Shown one piece after another: positions 26,241-40,012 of a stretch of 64,000 nt of DNA. Source of the DNA: Eledone cirrhosa. Lineage: Eukaryota. How positions within the stretch are numbered: position 1 is the stretch's first letter; each line of letters opens with the position of its first letter. Under the pieces are notes generated by a model. That model was not told where the DNA came from and searched no databases. It saw only the letters and a list, made by a program, of their open reading frames with translations. A program made the translations under genes and the position numbers. The DNA lies in assembly GCA_964016885.1 (NCBI GenBank), contig OZ024741.1, positions 132,122,001 through 132,186,000 of the forward strand, in the 5' to 3' direction.

Positions 26241-26441
26241 AAAAAGTGTGACCCCGACAGCAGAACTCAAGCCGTTTCGACGGCTATTTCTGGACTGAAA
26301 TAGCTGTCGAAATAGCCGTCGAAACGGCTTGAGCTCTGCCATTGGGGTCATACTTTTTCCTATTACCCTCTCTACTACCCTAAGTATTGAGTACTCTGGT
26401 GCGTTATGGTCCATCTGGTTCCTTACCACAACTCCTTCGTT
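26236..26441 (+). mobile_element. Family F fold-back insertion
   Basis: IR around 26300 with one-sided extension to 26441; (TA)n flanks. Confidence 0.8.
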
Positions 26442-26517
26442 ATATATATATATATATGTGTGTGTGTGTGAGTGTACGACTATGTGTGTGTGTTTACCTG
26501 TGTATGTTTTTATGGGG

Positions 26518-26596
<79 letters not shown>

Positions 26597-27526
26597 TGTG
26601 AGTGTGTTTGTGTGAGTGTCTTCGTGTTCAGTCTGCGCTTTGTTCCAGTTTTCAGCGTTTTGTGTTCAAATCCTTCCGCGGTCAACTTTACTTTTAATCC
26701 TTTCGGGTTGATTGGTAGAATTGTTACAGCGTCGAGCGAGATGAGACGTCTGTTCCGGCTCTTTATGTTCTGAGTTCTTGGGTGGTATATTTAATTGTTA
26801 TCGGGTTTAACACGGTTACTTGATCCTTGGGTTTCTTTAGTAGAGTTCATTCTGTTACAAACATTCGGACCACGTCTCCGCCCGAGGATAATTTCCTTCT
26901 TTCCTTACACCAATCTGAGAGAGCCGAAAAACATAAAGACTCATAGGAGCTGACCTTCTTTTCTACATTAAATCGTGTGTTTGAGAATATTTCCGTACAC
27001 AATTGTGTATTGTGTTGATTTTCATACATATTATTTCTGTTGTCTTCTTAACGGTATGTACTTATATTTTCTTGACATCTTTATCGCCCAGTTCTAAATG
27101 TTCTTTATATGTATTGTGGAATGAATTGGCAGAGAAGTTAGAACATCGAGAGAAGGGTCATCGTTTCGGCTGAGTTCAAACCTCGCTGAGGTCGACTTTG
27201 CATTTCATCCTTTTGATGTCGATAGAAAAAAGTACTAATCCATTAATGGAGTCAATTCTTCTTCTATATCGTTTTCTTATTTCTTTATCATTCTTCCTTC
27301 TCTGGAAGAAATCGGTGTTAAGACCTAGAGTATGAAGGGCTCCACTAGGTTTAAAATATCCAAGAAACACCGAGTTATGGGTCCATACATACATACGTAT
27401 TTTTTTTATTGTCTCGTCGTATTTCATTCCTTTGTGGGTACGTTCTTATGGCTACTGGCGTCTAGAGCACCGAAATTAATGGGACCCCGGCGATGGAGAA
27501 TTTATTGGGGGAGCGCCCTGAATGTA

Positions 27527-27591
<65 letters not shown>

Positions 27592-27599
27592 GTTTCAAC

Positions 27600-27780
27600 C
27601 GGGGGTAACCACAGTAAGAAAGGTACTCAATACATAGCAGAGTATACATTTTAAATATAGAAATGGCTTCTTCAGGACTGGAACTGTTTCATTCGAAGGA
27701 AATCACCAGGAAAAGGCTTTCCTGGTGATTTCCTTCGAATGCAACAGTTCTAGTTTTATAGACGGCATTTCTATATTAAA
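27600..27780. repeat. Family G fold-back insertion
   Basis: aactgtttcattcgaaggaaatcaccaggaaa / tttcctggtgatttccttcgaatgcaacagtt. Confidence 0.75.
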
Positions 27781-27805
27781 CATATATATATGTATATATA
27801 TATAG

Positions 27806-27845
<40 letters not shown>

Positions 27846-28453
27846 CGAAAATTAAACGTAAACAACAAAGCAAACAATACAGTACAATGAAGAAATGTAT
27901 TAGCTTAATGCTTGATATAGTTGGAAAAGAGTCTTTATGTTCCGTACCAGTTAAATTTATGGGTTCGACTATTACATGGATACAACTTCGGAGGGGATGG
28001 AATTCACGGTAGCAGAAGCAGAAATGATCTCTAAACTAAAAAATAATAACAAGACCATCCACCACCACCACCACACACACACACCACTAAAAAAAGAAAT
28101 AAAAGACAAAAAATTACAGTAAGAAAAATGATTTTACTCATCAAACCACACGTTCTACTAAGTAACAACAAGTGTAAATAAGGCTGCGTAGCTCTTATAT
28201 ATTTTACGCATACACTTATACTCGTATTCATCTCACGCAACGGACTAGCTTAATGAAATTTATAACTCATATTTAAATACAAACAATGAAAACAGACGTA
28301 GAAACAAAACCATTCCCCACGTAAACTGCAATCTCCACCAAGAAGGTTTCCTTCTTCTCTATTAGAGACTCTCATTTTCTTTTATGCACTTTTATTTTTA
28401 TTAAATTCAATGAAGCTTGATAACATAAAATAGAAAACAAACATAAACATATA

Positions 28454-28663
28454 CATGGTGGCCCAAAAGTCACACAGGGGTCGCAGCTGTATATAATGAA
28501 AGATGTAATTTTTCATAAGTAGTCTAGAGGTATGACAATGATTGACGAGTGCAAAATAATTTCCACTATGTCCTTCAAGTTATATCAAAATTTCATACAT
28601 CAATCTGTACAATTCAGGAAGTTAATAAAAACTAAAACCACTGTGTGACTTTTGGGCCACCTG
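28454..28663. mobile_element. Tc1/mariner-type MITE
   Basis: TIRs ggtggcccaaaagtcacacag / ctgtgtgacttttgggccacc, TA flanks; related to 6026-6150. Confidence 0.75.
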
Positions 28664-29877
28664 TATAATGACGCAGACGTACCAACTTCTAAAAAAACAA
28701 ATGGGGAGTACCATGAGAAAAAGTGCCCCAAAACGAGGAGAAATGAGGCAAAATGGAGAGATTTTACATGATAAAAGCGATACCCATTTTCATAAAAGAG
28801 GGCATCTCTCACCCACCCTAAAGTAGGTGGGAGATCTCCCCGTTGGACGGGGTAAATTGACATGTCTGATGACGATAAAAACAAACATGGATTAATTAGA
28901 TTTTCTTTTCTTTTCTTATGCATACAGAAACGAAGTGATAATCTAATGCCGCTATTAAATTACAATAACAAGGTACATCATAATGATTTCAAACACACAA
29001 ATTCATTGCAACCCTGCAAAGTAACAAATTTCAATTTTTTCAGCACTGAATAAATCTTCGTAATCACCAAGATGAAAGATATCATCGCAAGGAACTGCAC
29101 GAGTAACACAATTTTCATTTTTTACGATGTTTAAGTACTGTTATATTTACGGATAGTAATGTTTCAAGTATTGCCAATAAAAACATCACACGCACCACAC
29201 GATTTTCACTTTATTTTTATTATTAGTTAGTAGCAGAAATACCACCCTTCGGGTGGTTTTCTGCTAGCATGATACGTCAAATAAAATCGTAATTCACCAT
29301 ATGCACAGAAATTGAACGAAGTCTGTGTTACACTCTCTCCTGTAATCAGTAAAGTAATCCATGATGCATTAAAAGAAGACAATATTATATATAAACTGCA
29401 TATATGATAAACTAAAATGCTATGAAAAAGGAGAAAATTAGCGACGGAAATATAAACCTTATATAACGATGCGAATATATGGACGTTTATATAAGCGATG
29501 TGATGAGTGTTATGGTATAAGGGACGTTAACCGGAAGTATTGACATTTGAAAATTTTAAAGAAGTGAATGTTAAAATAAGCAATACTTTATATATAAGAA
29601 AATTTATGTTTAATGAAGAGCTACGAAATTTAGTAGATAAATTACATAATATTCATTCTTTATTTATTCAAAGTAATCCAACATATTTTACTAACGGGCT
29701 TAAAAAAATATAAAACGGCAACTTTTTACTCCAATTGTGAACACTTGCATGGTTTACCTATGTTAGCACATTTTCTGTTTAACGTTGTCCGAAGTTTGTT
29801 CGATATCATTCATTAGTCTCTTACTAGTTTCTCCGGAACACAAAATTCTCTTGTTGCAGCACAATATATGACAAATA

Positions 29878-30089
29878 AATATTTCAGAAAGTTGGTAGAA
29901 ATATATAAAGGGCAAAGGATGACAAATAAAACAAAAGGAATAAACGATGTGCTTTTACATTTGAAAAGAGGGTTTTAACCCTGAAATATTATGTTGAAAT
30001 ATACTGGATAAAAACATTGTTTTATTTTATTTGTCATCCTTTGTACTTTATATATTTCTACCGTATTGTACCGGCTTTCTGAAATATTT
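29878..30089. repeat. Inverted repeat (about 55-bp arms)
   Basis: ggtagaaatatataaagggcaaaggatgacaaataaaa / ttttatttgtcatcctttgtactttatatatttctacc. Confidence 0.7.
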
Positions 30090-30289
30090 TCTAATTAATC
30101 AAATACCCAGGCTCACCTCACAGTCATAAAATATAGACTTGAATATTATATGATTCGCTCCAGCCGTTTGTGTAAACATTAAGGCCAATATAAGTAAAAC
30201 AATTTCTTACACTTCCTCAGTTCCACAATAAGAGATAAACGCAGAAATATAATTGACCATAGCGGAAAACGAAATAAATATATATATAT

Positions 30290-30398
30290 ATATATTCACA
30301 TATATATCGCTATTTCAGAGCATTTATTCCAATATATATATATATATATATATATATTGGAATAAATGCTCTGAAATAGCGATATATATGTGAATATA
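30290..30398. repeat. Perfect inverted repeat around a (TA)n core
   Basis: tattcacatatatatcgctatttcagagcatttattccaa / ttggaataaatgctctgaaatagcgatatatatgtgaata. Confidence 0.85.
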
Positions 30399-30528
30399 GA
30401 CATAGAATATTCGAAAATATTCTGTATGTTTATAATAAACATTTTGAAGACCTAATCGCTATAGAATAGAATACGTCACGTATTACAATTAGATTCTCGA
30501 TAAAAGCAAGGGAAGTAATCTACGAAAT

Positions 30529-30677
30529 ATTATTTCTGAAGACGGCATATATATGTGTTTGGTATGTATATTTAATTTTGATAGTTTGTATAATTTTGTA
30601 TAATTTTGTACATAGATCTGTTGAATATGCATGCCAATTCTAACACATATATATCCTAGAAACGATCGTTAAATAAT
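30529..30677 (+). ncRNA. Hammerhead ribozyme with about 115-nt stem II
   Basis: attattt-CTGAAGA-cggcatatatatgtgtt...aacacatatatatccta-GAAA-cgatcG TT-aaataat. Confidence 0.7.
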
Positions 30678-30901
30678 GAACTTTTTTTGTTTAATATAAG
30701 GAACTGTTTCATTGTTTTATTCATTATTTTTTTAATATTTTATCTTGACTCTGTATTCCGTTTATCTTTCACCGAAAGTGATTTTTCATTGCATCTCTTC
30801 TTTCCATGATATCCGGATTACATTGAGTTCTTCATACGGATTGGACACTACCGTAAACTCTTGGTAGATTTATCTACATATATATATATATATATATATA
30901 T

Positions 30902-31220
30902 AACATTTATTACAATTGTTTCGATACCGATCAGCTCAGAGTACAATCAAAATGATGCGGCTCGACTCTTTTTCGACATCTCGTCAGATATATGAGTTTA
31001 TATATGCAAATACACATATACATTTTGCACATATAAACTCGAATATCTGACGAGTTATCGGAAAAAAGTCGATCCCCATTATTTTTATTGTATCCTGAGC
31101 TGATCGATATCGAAACAATTGTAATATGTCAATAAATTTTGTACATATACTGTTACACTAACTTCGTAACAGTATTGAGTGCTTCGAACGCCGCGCCGCC
31201 TGTAACTGTAGATACACACC
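30902..31220. mobile_element. Fold-back insertion with two opposed hammerheads (30907-30991 minus; 31043-31127 plus)
   Basis: atat-CTGACGA-gttatcg...cgatatc-GAAA-caattG TA-atat and its diverged inverted copy; 3' extension with ttgagtgct. Confidence 0.8.
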
Positions 31221-31268
31221 TAACATATATACATATGTGTGTGTGCGCGTGTGCGTGTGTGTATGCAT

Positions 31269-31335
<67 letters not shown>

Positions 31336-32095
31336 CGTGTGTGCGTGTGCGTGCGTGTGTGTGTAAGCGTGATGTTGTATGTGTGTTTGTGAATGTGTGT
31401 GCATTTCTCTGCCTGTCCAGGTCCGAGTTTACATCAACGCCTATTGTTTAAGACCTGTTACCTAACAGTTCCACAAATAGAATTCGATGAATAAGTACCT
31501 GTCTTTAAAAAATAGCTGCTGGGAATGATAGGATTGACTAAACACTTGAAGACGGGCCCCAGCATGGCCGCAGTTCAATGACTGAAAGCAGTAAAAGAAT
31601 TTTAAAAACATAGATTGTGGAATACTATTCTTCAAACCCAATATATTTAACTAATAAGGAAGTGTGAAAAACCTTAATTAAAATGATGAAACTTAATGAA
31701 AAGGATGAAAAGACATTCCCTATTTACAAACACGCACGCACACATACATATTGTTGTATTCTTTTCTATATGATAGTGATAATTCTGTATGTATCTAATA
31801 CGTATTTGTGAGTCCATATCTGAGTTCGCCCAATAGATTTAACATCTTTTACAAATTCAACTCCAATGAAATCACATTACCTGTATATTAAAAGGCATAC
31901 ATGTCCGCATAAAGATGCACTTACTTGATAGGTTCTTTAGGGAATCATATAGTTGTGGTGTTTTAAGGGGTCGGGTTAATCGGAGATGTATCAAATTAGT
32001 CATTTTGCTTAACAAATTTAAGTTTGTATTTAGTTGACTTTAAGTTAACCAGTCAGAGCATATTGTATTAAATTTTTTTTTTTAAGGGCAGCCGA

Positions 32096-32303
32096 TTGGC
32101 AGTATCGGTAGAGCGTCGGACAACATGCTTCGTGGCATAGAGTTACGGGCCTTTACGTTCTGAGTTCAAATCCCGCCGAGATTAGCTTTTCCTTTCATCC
32201 TTCCGGGGTCGATAAAATATAGCACCAGTAATACACTAGGGTATATTTAATCGACTTTCCCCATCCTCTTTAAATTGTTGGCCTTGTGCCTAAAGTAGAA
32301 ACT
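32096..32303 (+). mobile_element. SINE S1 long variant with poly-T tail
   Basis: Head, core and tail match 350-563. Confidence 0.85.
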
Positions 32304-33986
32304 TTTTTTTTTTTTTTTTTTTTATATATTTTTCTAGTAAAGTTGATCACATTCACATCTGCAGTTTAGATAATGCTCTAAGAGTAACATTTCCAAATAT
32401 TAAACCATCAATAAGTTGTCTCATAGTTACTTGTAGTTAGAGTAGTAACTACAGATTTTAGGAACTGTGTTATTAATAATAGGGGTTTTAACAATAATTT
32501 TTTACTAGCAACTACCATCATTGGTTTTGACAATAGTTCTGTTTACCCAGTTTTATCCACGAGGTTCCGGTCGCCCGGAGACTATGGTAAAAAATATTTG
32601 CCCAGAAAGATCGAACACCGGAAACTCATGAGTGCTAAGCGAACTTCTTAACCACTTGACTAAGCCTTTGCCCTCACTACACGTTCTTTCGAGGTCGATA
32701 AATATAATACGGATTCAGTACTGGGATCGATTCTTCAACTATATATCTTTCACTGGAAGAAATCGGCTGTGTTTATTACTACATCGCCACTACGATCCAA
32801 TCAGGAGTTAAGGACACAGGCATGCAAGCATGACCTCCTTGTGACTAATTAGAACAGCCTTGGAAAAATGTATATGACCACAAATACAGCAGATGCCCTA
32901 TTCACAAGATTAATGAAAGCCTGGCAAGATCCGTGAACTGCTCATATCAATTCTAGTGCATCTGTCTTGCTGTTAAAATCATATCCACACTGAGATTCTG
33001 ATAAGGTATCAAGTACAAAGGAATTCTTCAAGCTGGTAAATATAGTGATTTCTGGCAAAATAAAGACCATATTTTTCACTAAGGTAGTGACACTATTATT
33101 ATTCACATTTCTGAAAGTTTGCTAATCCGATCTAATCTTAGCATTAAAGTCTTCCAATAAAATAACATTTTCTGATTTATGGATTTTCCTAAGTACAACT
33201 CTCAGCTGGTCGCAGAATACAGTTTTGACACTATCAAGCTTGGTGAGAGGAAGACCATATTAGCATATCGGAGTAGTAACAAATTGTTAATCTTTTTAAG
33301 AAGTGACGAAAAGCCGTCGTCAATCAGTCGTTTATTTTGTTGGGAGAGAAAGCTCTTCCAACTTCTTAAACATTTTCACAACGGAATGCAAAACGAACAC
33401 CAGATTGTCTACGCCCTTAAACTATCCCTCACCCCTCCAAAAAGGGTGAAACCACTTTGACTATTTTCCTGAAGGTGATTATCACCTTCCAGTCGAACTC
33501 TGACAGAGTAGCTGCGTTTACATTGTCTTTACTCAGTTCTCGTTGAAGAGCAGCACCACTTTCATGCCCACATTCCCTCTTGTTACTTAACAGTGTCTGA
33601 ACATTCCTACACGAAATATTTAGTTATCTAATGTTAATAAAACTATATACATATATACATATGTGTGTGTTTTGTTAATATTCTTTAGTCCCAGGTTAAC
33701 ATAAATGGAGCAAACTAATCTTCAAGTCTTTTGAAAACACTTACTAAAGTTTGAGAGAACTTTGTTTTGTTATTTTAGCAAGTCAAGCTACAACACACAC
33801 ATTTATACTCGTTTGTATGTATGAAAATGTAACTCCTGATGGAGTCGTGGGGGCGCGGTAGTTAAATATAGTGTCATAGGCATTTCAAACATTGCGGAGC
33901 TCATCGCCTCACATGTCTGAACACAGCCGCTATCTCCCGGAGAAAGAGTGAGGGAGTGACAGAGGAAATGAGAAAGGGATATAGAG

Positions 33987-34172
33987 CAGGGGTTCCCAAA
34001 GTGGATTCCGCGGAACGTAAGGGTTCCGCAAAGGAGTGTCTGGGGTTCCGTGAAAAAAGGTAGAGGAGTATATTTATATTACAACCATATAACAGTATTA
34101 GACTTTGGGGGTTCCCCAAACAGTTTCTGAACCAAAAAGAGTTCTGTGTTTGAAAAGGTTTTGGAAACCCTG
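33987..34172. mobile_element. hAT (Charlie-like) MITE
   Basis: TIRs caggggttcccaaa / tttggaaaccctg; 8-bp flanks atatagag / ttatagat. Confidence 0.75.
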
Positions 34173-34195
34173 TTATAGATAAGAATCGACTACAG

Positions 34196-34596
34196 CTGGG
34201 GTGGGCAAACTTTTTGGATCAGAGGTGACATTGACTGGGTCATGAACCAGAGAGCCGCACCATTTATTATTGGATATAGTGTGCCAGTAACCTTATTTTT
34301 CTTCGGTTAGAATTTAGAAAATATAAAATATAAACTGCATCATTATAATACATTAATTATTAAAATGATTAAATACAAAAATGTTTAAGAAAATATTTCT
34401 TTTAATTTGTGTCTGTACATCACAAAACATACCAGAACAAAAATGTAATCAGATCTAGTCTCGGCTTAAGTATTATATACGAAAATTTGTAGATTTTCAT
34501 TTTTTTTTAAATTAATTCACCAAATGTTTCTACTGGCCGCACAAAACTCTTAAACGGGCCGCATTTGGCCCGTGGATCGTAGTTTGCCCACCTCTG
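34196..34596. mobile_element. hAT MITE
   Basis: TIRs ctggggtgggcaaact / agtttgcccacctctg; subterminal ggccgc motifs. Confidence 0.75.
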
Positions 34597-34834
34597 GACT
34601 TCAGTATTCGACTGGTACTTTTTTTTCGACCTTGAAAGGATGAAAGGCAAAGTTGATGTTCTAATGATTCTATCAATTCGCTGACATGTATACTAGCCAT
34701 GTACCCGTAAAATTGGTATTGTCTATTTCTAAATACGTTGGGCAACATTTATTTCTTTATTGTTGTACATTATATTTTTTCAGTTGTTCTTTTTACCTCA
34801 ACTCATTGTCATTATTTCTACTGCTTCTTAATCT

Positions 34835-35229
34835 ATATACTACTAAAATTCTGTGATTGTTTGCTTGGTTGCTTGTCTGTAATGTAATACAGGCAAAAGG
34901 ACGCATAATAGGAAAAGACTTTGAAAGGGCGTTGCCACTGAAATGGGAATACAAATGGAATAAAACAAGTTTCACGTGAATCGAAGCACGAGATATGGGG
35001 TTTTCTGGGTACCTTCATAAACAGAGAGAGAGAAAGATAGAGAGAAAGAGATAGTGGTTATGAAAGAGTAGATTGAAAGAGAGACATAGAGAGAGGGAGA
35101 GGGGACAGAGAAGGAGAATGGAAGAGCTGGTGGTGTTGTTGTGTGGTGGTGTTGTTGTGTATATACGTGAGTGTTTGTGTATATATATGTGTGTGTGTGT
35201 CTATGACCTGTGTTTATAGATCACAGACA

Positions 35230-35232
<3 letters not shown>
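34835..35232 (+). repeat. Dispersed composite repeat (inverted homologue at 63270-63735)
   Basis: Shared gaaatgggaatacaaatggaataaaacaa, gagatatggggttttc.gggtacctt, atagatcacagacacc. Confidence 0.75.
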
Positions 35233-35298
<66 letters not shown>

Positions 35299-35302
<4 letters not shown>

Positions 35303-35570
35303 CGGGTAAAATTCCCGAGATCCATGGACGAGTTCTCTCCAGCGGTCTCTGTCCCTCATTATCGCTGCCATGTCCTGCGTCTCCAACAGACCAGTGTCTG
35401 TCCTTAGGGCATCAACATACGTTAACCTTGGTCTTCCCCTTTCAGTGTGTCCATGTAGGGGCTCCCACAGGAGCACTGAGTGCAATGTCAACTCTGGATG
35501 TCGGTGAGCATGTCCAGCTAACCTCAGTCTCCTCTGTGTCACTTTTGTCACATTTATATATTTCCAAACA
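35299..35570 (-). mobile_element. RTE-like LINE 3' end
   Basis: RRLRLAGHAHRHPE..LLWEPLHGHTERGRPRLTYVDAL...RDRWR. Confidence 0.85.
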
Positions 35571-35689
35571 CACACGTATATATATCGGCCTTCCAGTTTC
35601 ATTTCACATTACATAAAAGTCTGTGTATATTTTAATTATTTTGAAGTGAACATGACCCAACGGGTCTAGTCTTCATTACTTTTCCTATT

Positions 35690-35874
35690 TGGATTGGCAG
35701 TATCGGTAGAGGGTCGGACGCCATGCTTTCCAGCATAGTTACGTCCCTTTACGATCTGAGTTCAAATCTCGCCGAGGTTGACTTTGCCTTTCATCCTTAC
35801 GGGGTCGATAAAATAAAGTACCAGTAATGCACTGGGTAATTGCTGGCCTTGTTCCTAAAGTAGAAACAATTATT
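35690..35874 (+). mobile_element. SINE S1
   Basis: Full copy. Confidence 0.9.
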
Positions 35875-36089
35875 TTTCCTATTTATCGGTCTATCTGGCT
35901 TTTTTCTATTTGTTTGTCTCTGTCCCTCTGTCTCTATGTCCCTCTGTCTCTGTGTCCCTCTGTCCCTCTGTCTCTGTGTCCCTCTGTCTCTGTGTCTCTG
36001 GCTGTTTGTCTATTTTATATCTCAATCATAATATTTCCCCTTTTTTCACTTTGTGTCCCCTCACATCGATATCGGACGGCAATTTTTGA

Positions 36090-36980
36090 GTTTTGAGATT
36101 GAAGAGAGTTAAGCAGGGGGATGTCCTATCAGCAATTGTTTTCTGTATAGTTATAGCTGCACTTATCTACCAAATTGAAGAAGAATGCTCCTCTGGCTAT
36201 CAAATAGGAGGTAAAATTCTATCGAATGTTACCTTCTATTTACCTCTAGTTACTTTGGGACTGATCTGCAAGACGTCCTGAATATACAGGCCAAACATTC
36301 GCTGGAGGCTGGCTTACACATCAACATCTCCAAAACGAATTGTATGACAACTGATAAAAACAATGCCAATCTCCAACTCACAATCTACAACCAACAAATT
36401 GCTCAAGTTACGGAGTCTGTATATATCGGTCACAAACTATCATCAAACAACAATGGAATGGTTGCTGCGCAGTATCGCATCGCTCTTGGTTGGACAGCTT
36501 TCAACAACAAGGAACTGCTAACATCAAAACGAGTTTCCTACCATTTTAAGGATAACATCATCGATACTTACATCCTAACAGTTGTGTTATATTGACTGTG
36601 TTAATTGGACGACAAGGTCACTTCAGAAGCTCTCTACATTCCAGAATCACATCATGAGGCTTATGACTCAGCGACCGTATCTGTATCAATGAGTTGCTCA
36701 ACATTACGAGACTTAGACCAATAACACCAGTTGTCGAGTTAAGAGTACTCAAACTACACGGTCATATAAAAAGATCAACTCGTGGTGTGAGTAGGTTATG
36801 CCAGGAAGGAAGGTTGGCTGGTAAGAGAAGCAAAGGCCGGCAGCCAGAACGATGGCTTGATAATGTCAACTTATGGACTGGACTTAATCTTTGCTCTTTG
36901 AAGTCTGCTGCTGGTGATCAAAGTTTGTGGAGAAAAATATCTCATGTTGATGCGCAGTCTGCAACTGGCGGAGTTTAGGG
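36090..36980 (+). mobile_element. Decayed RTE-like LINE (RT to 3' end)
   Basis: VKQGDVLSAIVF; YIGHKL..YRIALGWTAF; LKLHGHIKR..GKRSKGRQPERWLDNV. Confidence 0.8.
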
Positions 36981-37490
36981 TCAAAGTAGTAGTGTCTTCA
37001 TTATTCACTCCTCATTACCAGCTATTTAAGGACGTTGTCTCTCAAATTTCTCCTCTTTTGTACAGCTTAATTTTCTTTTTACGCCTTGCCTCGTACTCGG
37101 GTTCTATATATTTCACTCTCTTCCTACCTGACTGTTGGATAACTGCCGACTAATTATCTCCCTTTTTCTCTCTTTCTTTCTACTCTTTTCCCTCCTCCTT
37201 TCACTCTATCCATCCTATCCTTTCAATGTTGCGCCTATCTCTTTAACTATCTAAACTATCTCTCTCTTTGCTCTCTCTCGCCCACCTATCTCAGCTCAGC
37301 CATTGATTTCTCTTTCCACGACTTAGCGTTTGTAGTATATAGGTATTATATATTTCATTGTATGTATTAAATTATATCTTGGTATATACAAAATGCTATA
37401 TGATATTAGTGTATGGCAGTGAATGTCGTGAAATAGAACTAGTTAGAGTATGGGTACTGTTAAACATCTAACTATAGAAAAAAGGACATA

Positions 37491-37526
<36 letters not shown>

Positions 37527-37893
37527 ACAGATATTATTATAAATAACAGTATGAGACTTTAGGCAATGAGATCTCAAAGTGTCATGTATTGCGCAAACAA
37601 TCATCAATGAGAGAAAAAGAAGGAGGAGCAATAAATGTAGATAGATATGAGGAATAATGAAAGGAAAGAGAAAGAGGAACAACGAAGGAAAAGACAAAGA
37701 GAAAGAGTAAGAGAGACGAAAAGCTATGAAGTGAGAGAGAGATGGAGTAATAAAAGGGATGAAATAGGGATCAATGAGAGAGAGGGGAGAGAGAGCAATG
37801 AAGAGGGAGAGAAGAAAAGAGATATGAAGAGCAATGAAGAGAGAGACGGAGAGCAATGGAGTGAGATTAAGAGAGAGATAGAAAGCAATGAAA

Positions 37894-37909
37894 GGTAGTA
37901 ATAGTAGTA

Positions 37910-37973
<64 letters not shown>

Positions 37974-38029
37974 CAGTAGCAGTAGTAGTAGTAGTAGTAG
38001 TAGTGGTAGTGGTAGTAGTGGTAGTAGTA
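37894..38029. repeat. (AGT)n microsatellite
   Basis: Direct inspection. Confidence 0.95.
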
Positions 38030-38160
38030 GACACACTATCAGCAACAACGGCATTAGCAGAGATTTTCTGTACCAGAAATAGCCTTCTACCGATCTATAA
38101 ATAGACGATCAGGCTAGCACAACAGAAATTCTGTTTACATAATTAATTCTAGCTATCGGC

Positions 38161-38404
<244 letters not shown>

Positions 38405-38679
38405 GTTGTTTGAGATGTAAATATCCCAGACACTGCCAAGTCTATGACTTAGTGACTGGGCTGAGTTACTGTTGAGCAACATAAGGTTTATTCATCAAAA
38501 TGTGTCAACATTATAACACTAATTCACAATATATTGTTGTAGTTTCTGGAATATTTACACCCTTTTTTTTGGGGGGGGGGGGGGGGGGGGGTATATATAT
38601 ATATATAAAAATATTAAAATAACAGATTAAAGTTTAAGCAAAGAATCGCTGGTTTCACCCTTAACGGGATCTTCTGAAA

Positions 38680-38721
<42 letters not shown>

Positions 38722-38730
<9 letters not shown>

Positions 38731-39142
38731 CAGAATATTAATACATGAAGACATTCACATAATCAAAATATGTTTTATTATATATATTTCGAAGGTACTG
38801 TGCTGTTTTTTCAGTACATCCTCGTCAGATAAAATACATGAATTGATGTATGACATACCTCAACGGTCTTGATGGTTCAATTCCAGTATTGGCAGTCAGA
38901 GGTATGTCATACATCAATTCATGTATTTTATCTGACGAGGACGTACTGTAAAACCTTAGAAATATATATAATAAAACATATATTTTGATTATGTCAATGT
39001 CTTCATTTATTGATATTCTGAATAATATTAATAACTCCAGAAAACTTCCTTGTAGAGTGCTTTTAATCTATTGTAAAATTATATTCATTGAGTAATCAAT
39101 GAACCATATTAATCTTTGGTTAATCTTTGGTTAATCGTTGGT

Positions 39143-39147
<5 letters not shown>
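38722..39147. mobile_element. Fold-back insertion (element C) with two opposed hammerheads (38771-38836 minus; 38924-38978 plus)
   Basis: Arms 38722-38861 / 38899-39028; tattttat-CTGACGA-ggatgtactg..cagtaccttc-GAAA-tatatA TA-ataaaaca; plus copy has a stem II deletion. Confidence 0.85.
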
Positions 39148-39867
<720 letters not shown>

Positions 39868-40012
39868 GTTTAATGATTTGTAAGTTACGTTACTATTGGT
39901 TCTCCAACTTGAGCATTCAATGCATAGGTGCGTCTATTTTAGTATAGTGTGTGGTGTTGTACATTTGGTGTTTTACTATAGGTGGCTCATCCATAAGCAG
40001 TGTTTTTAATAA

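Noticed and set aside
29231-29268. Hairpin tagcagaaataccacc-cttc-gggtggttttctgctag
   Set aside because: Terminator-like shape is irrelevant in a eukaryote; possibly a Helitron end but no matching 5' end was found.
35690-35775. tRNA-like A/B boxes
   Set aside because: No cloverleaf; SINE head present in many copies.
38645-38682. Minus-strand cagaaga-tccc..gggt-gaaaccagcg
   Set aside because: Core U mutated, no NUH or stem I support.
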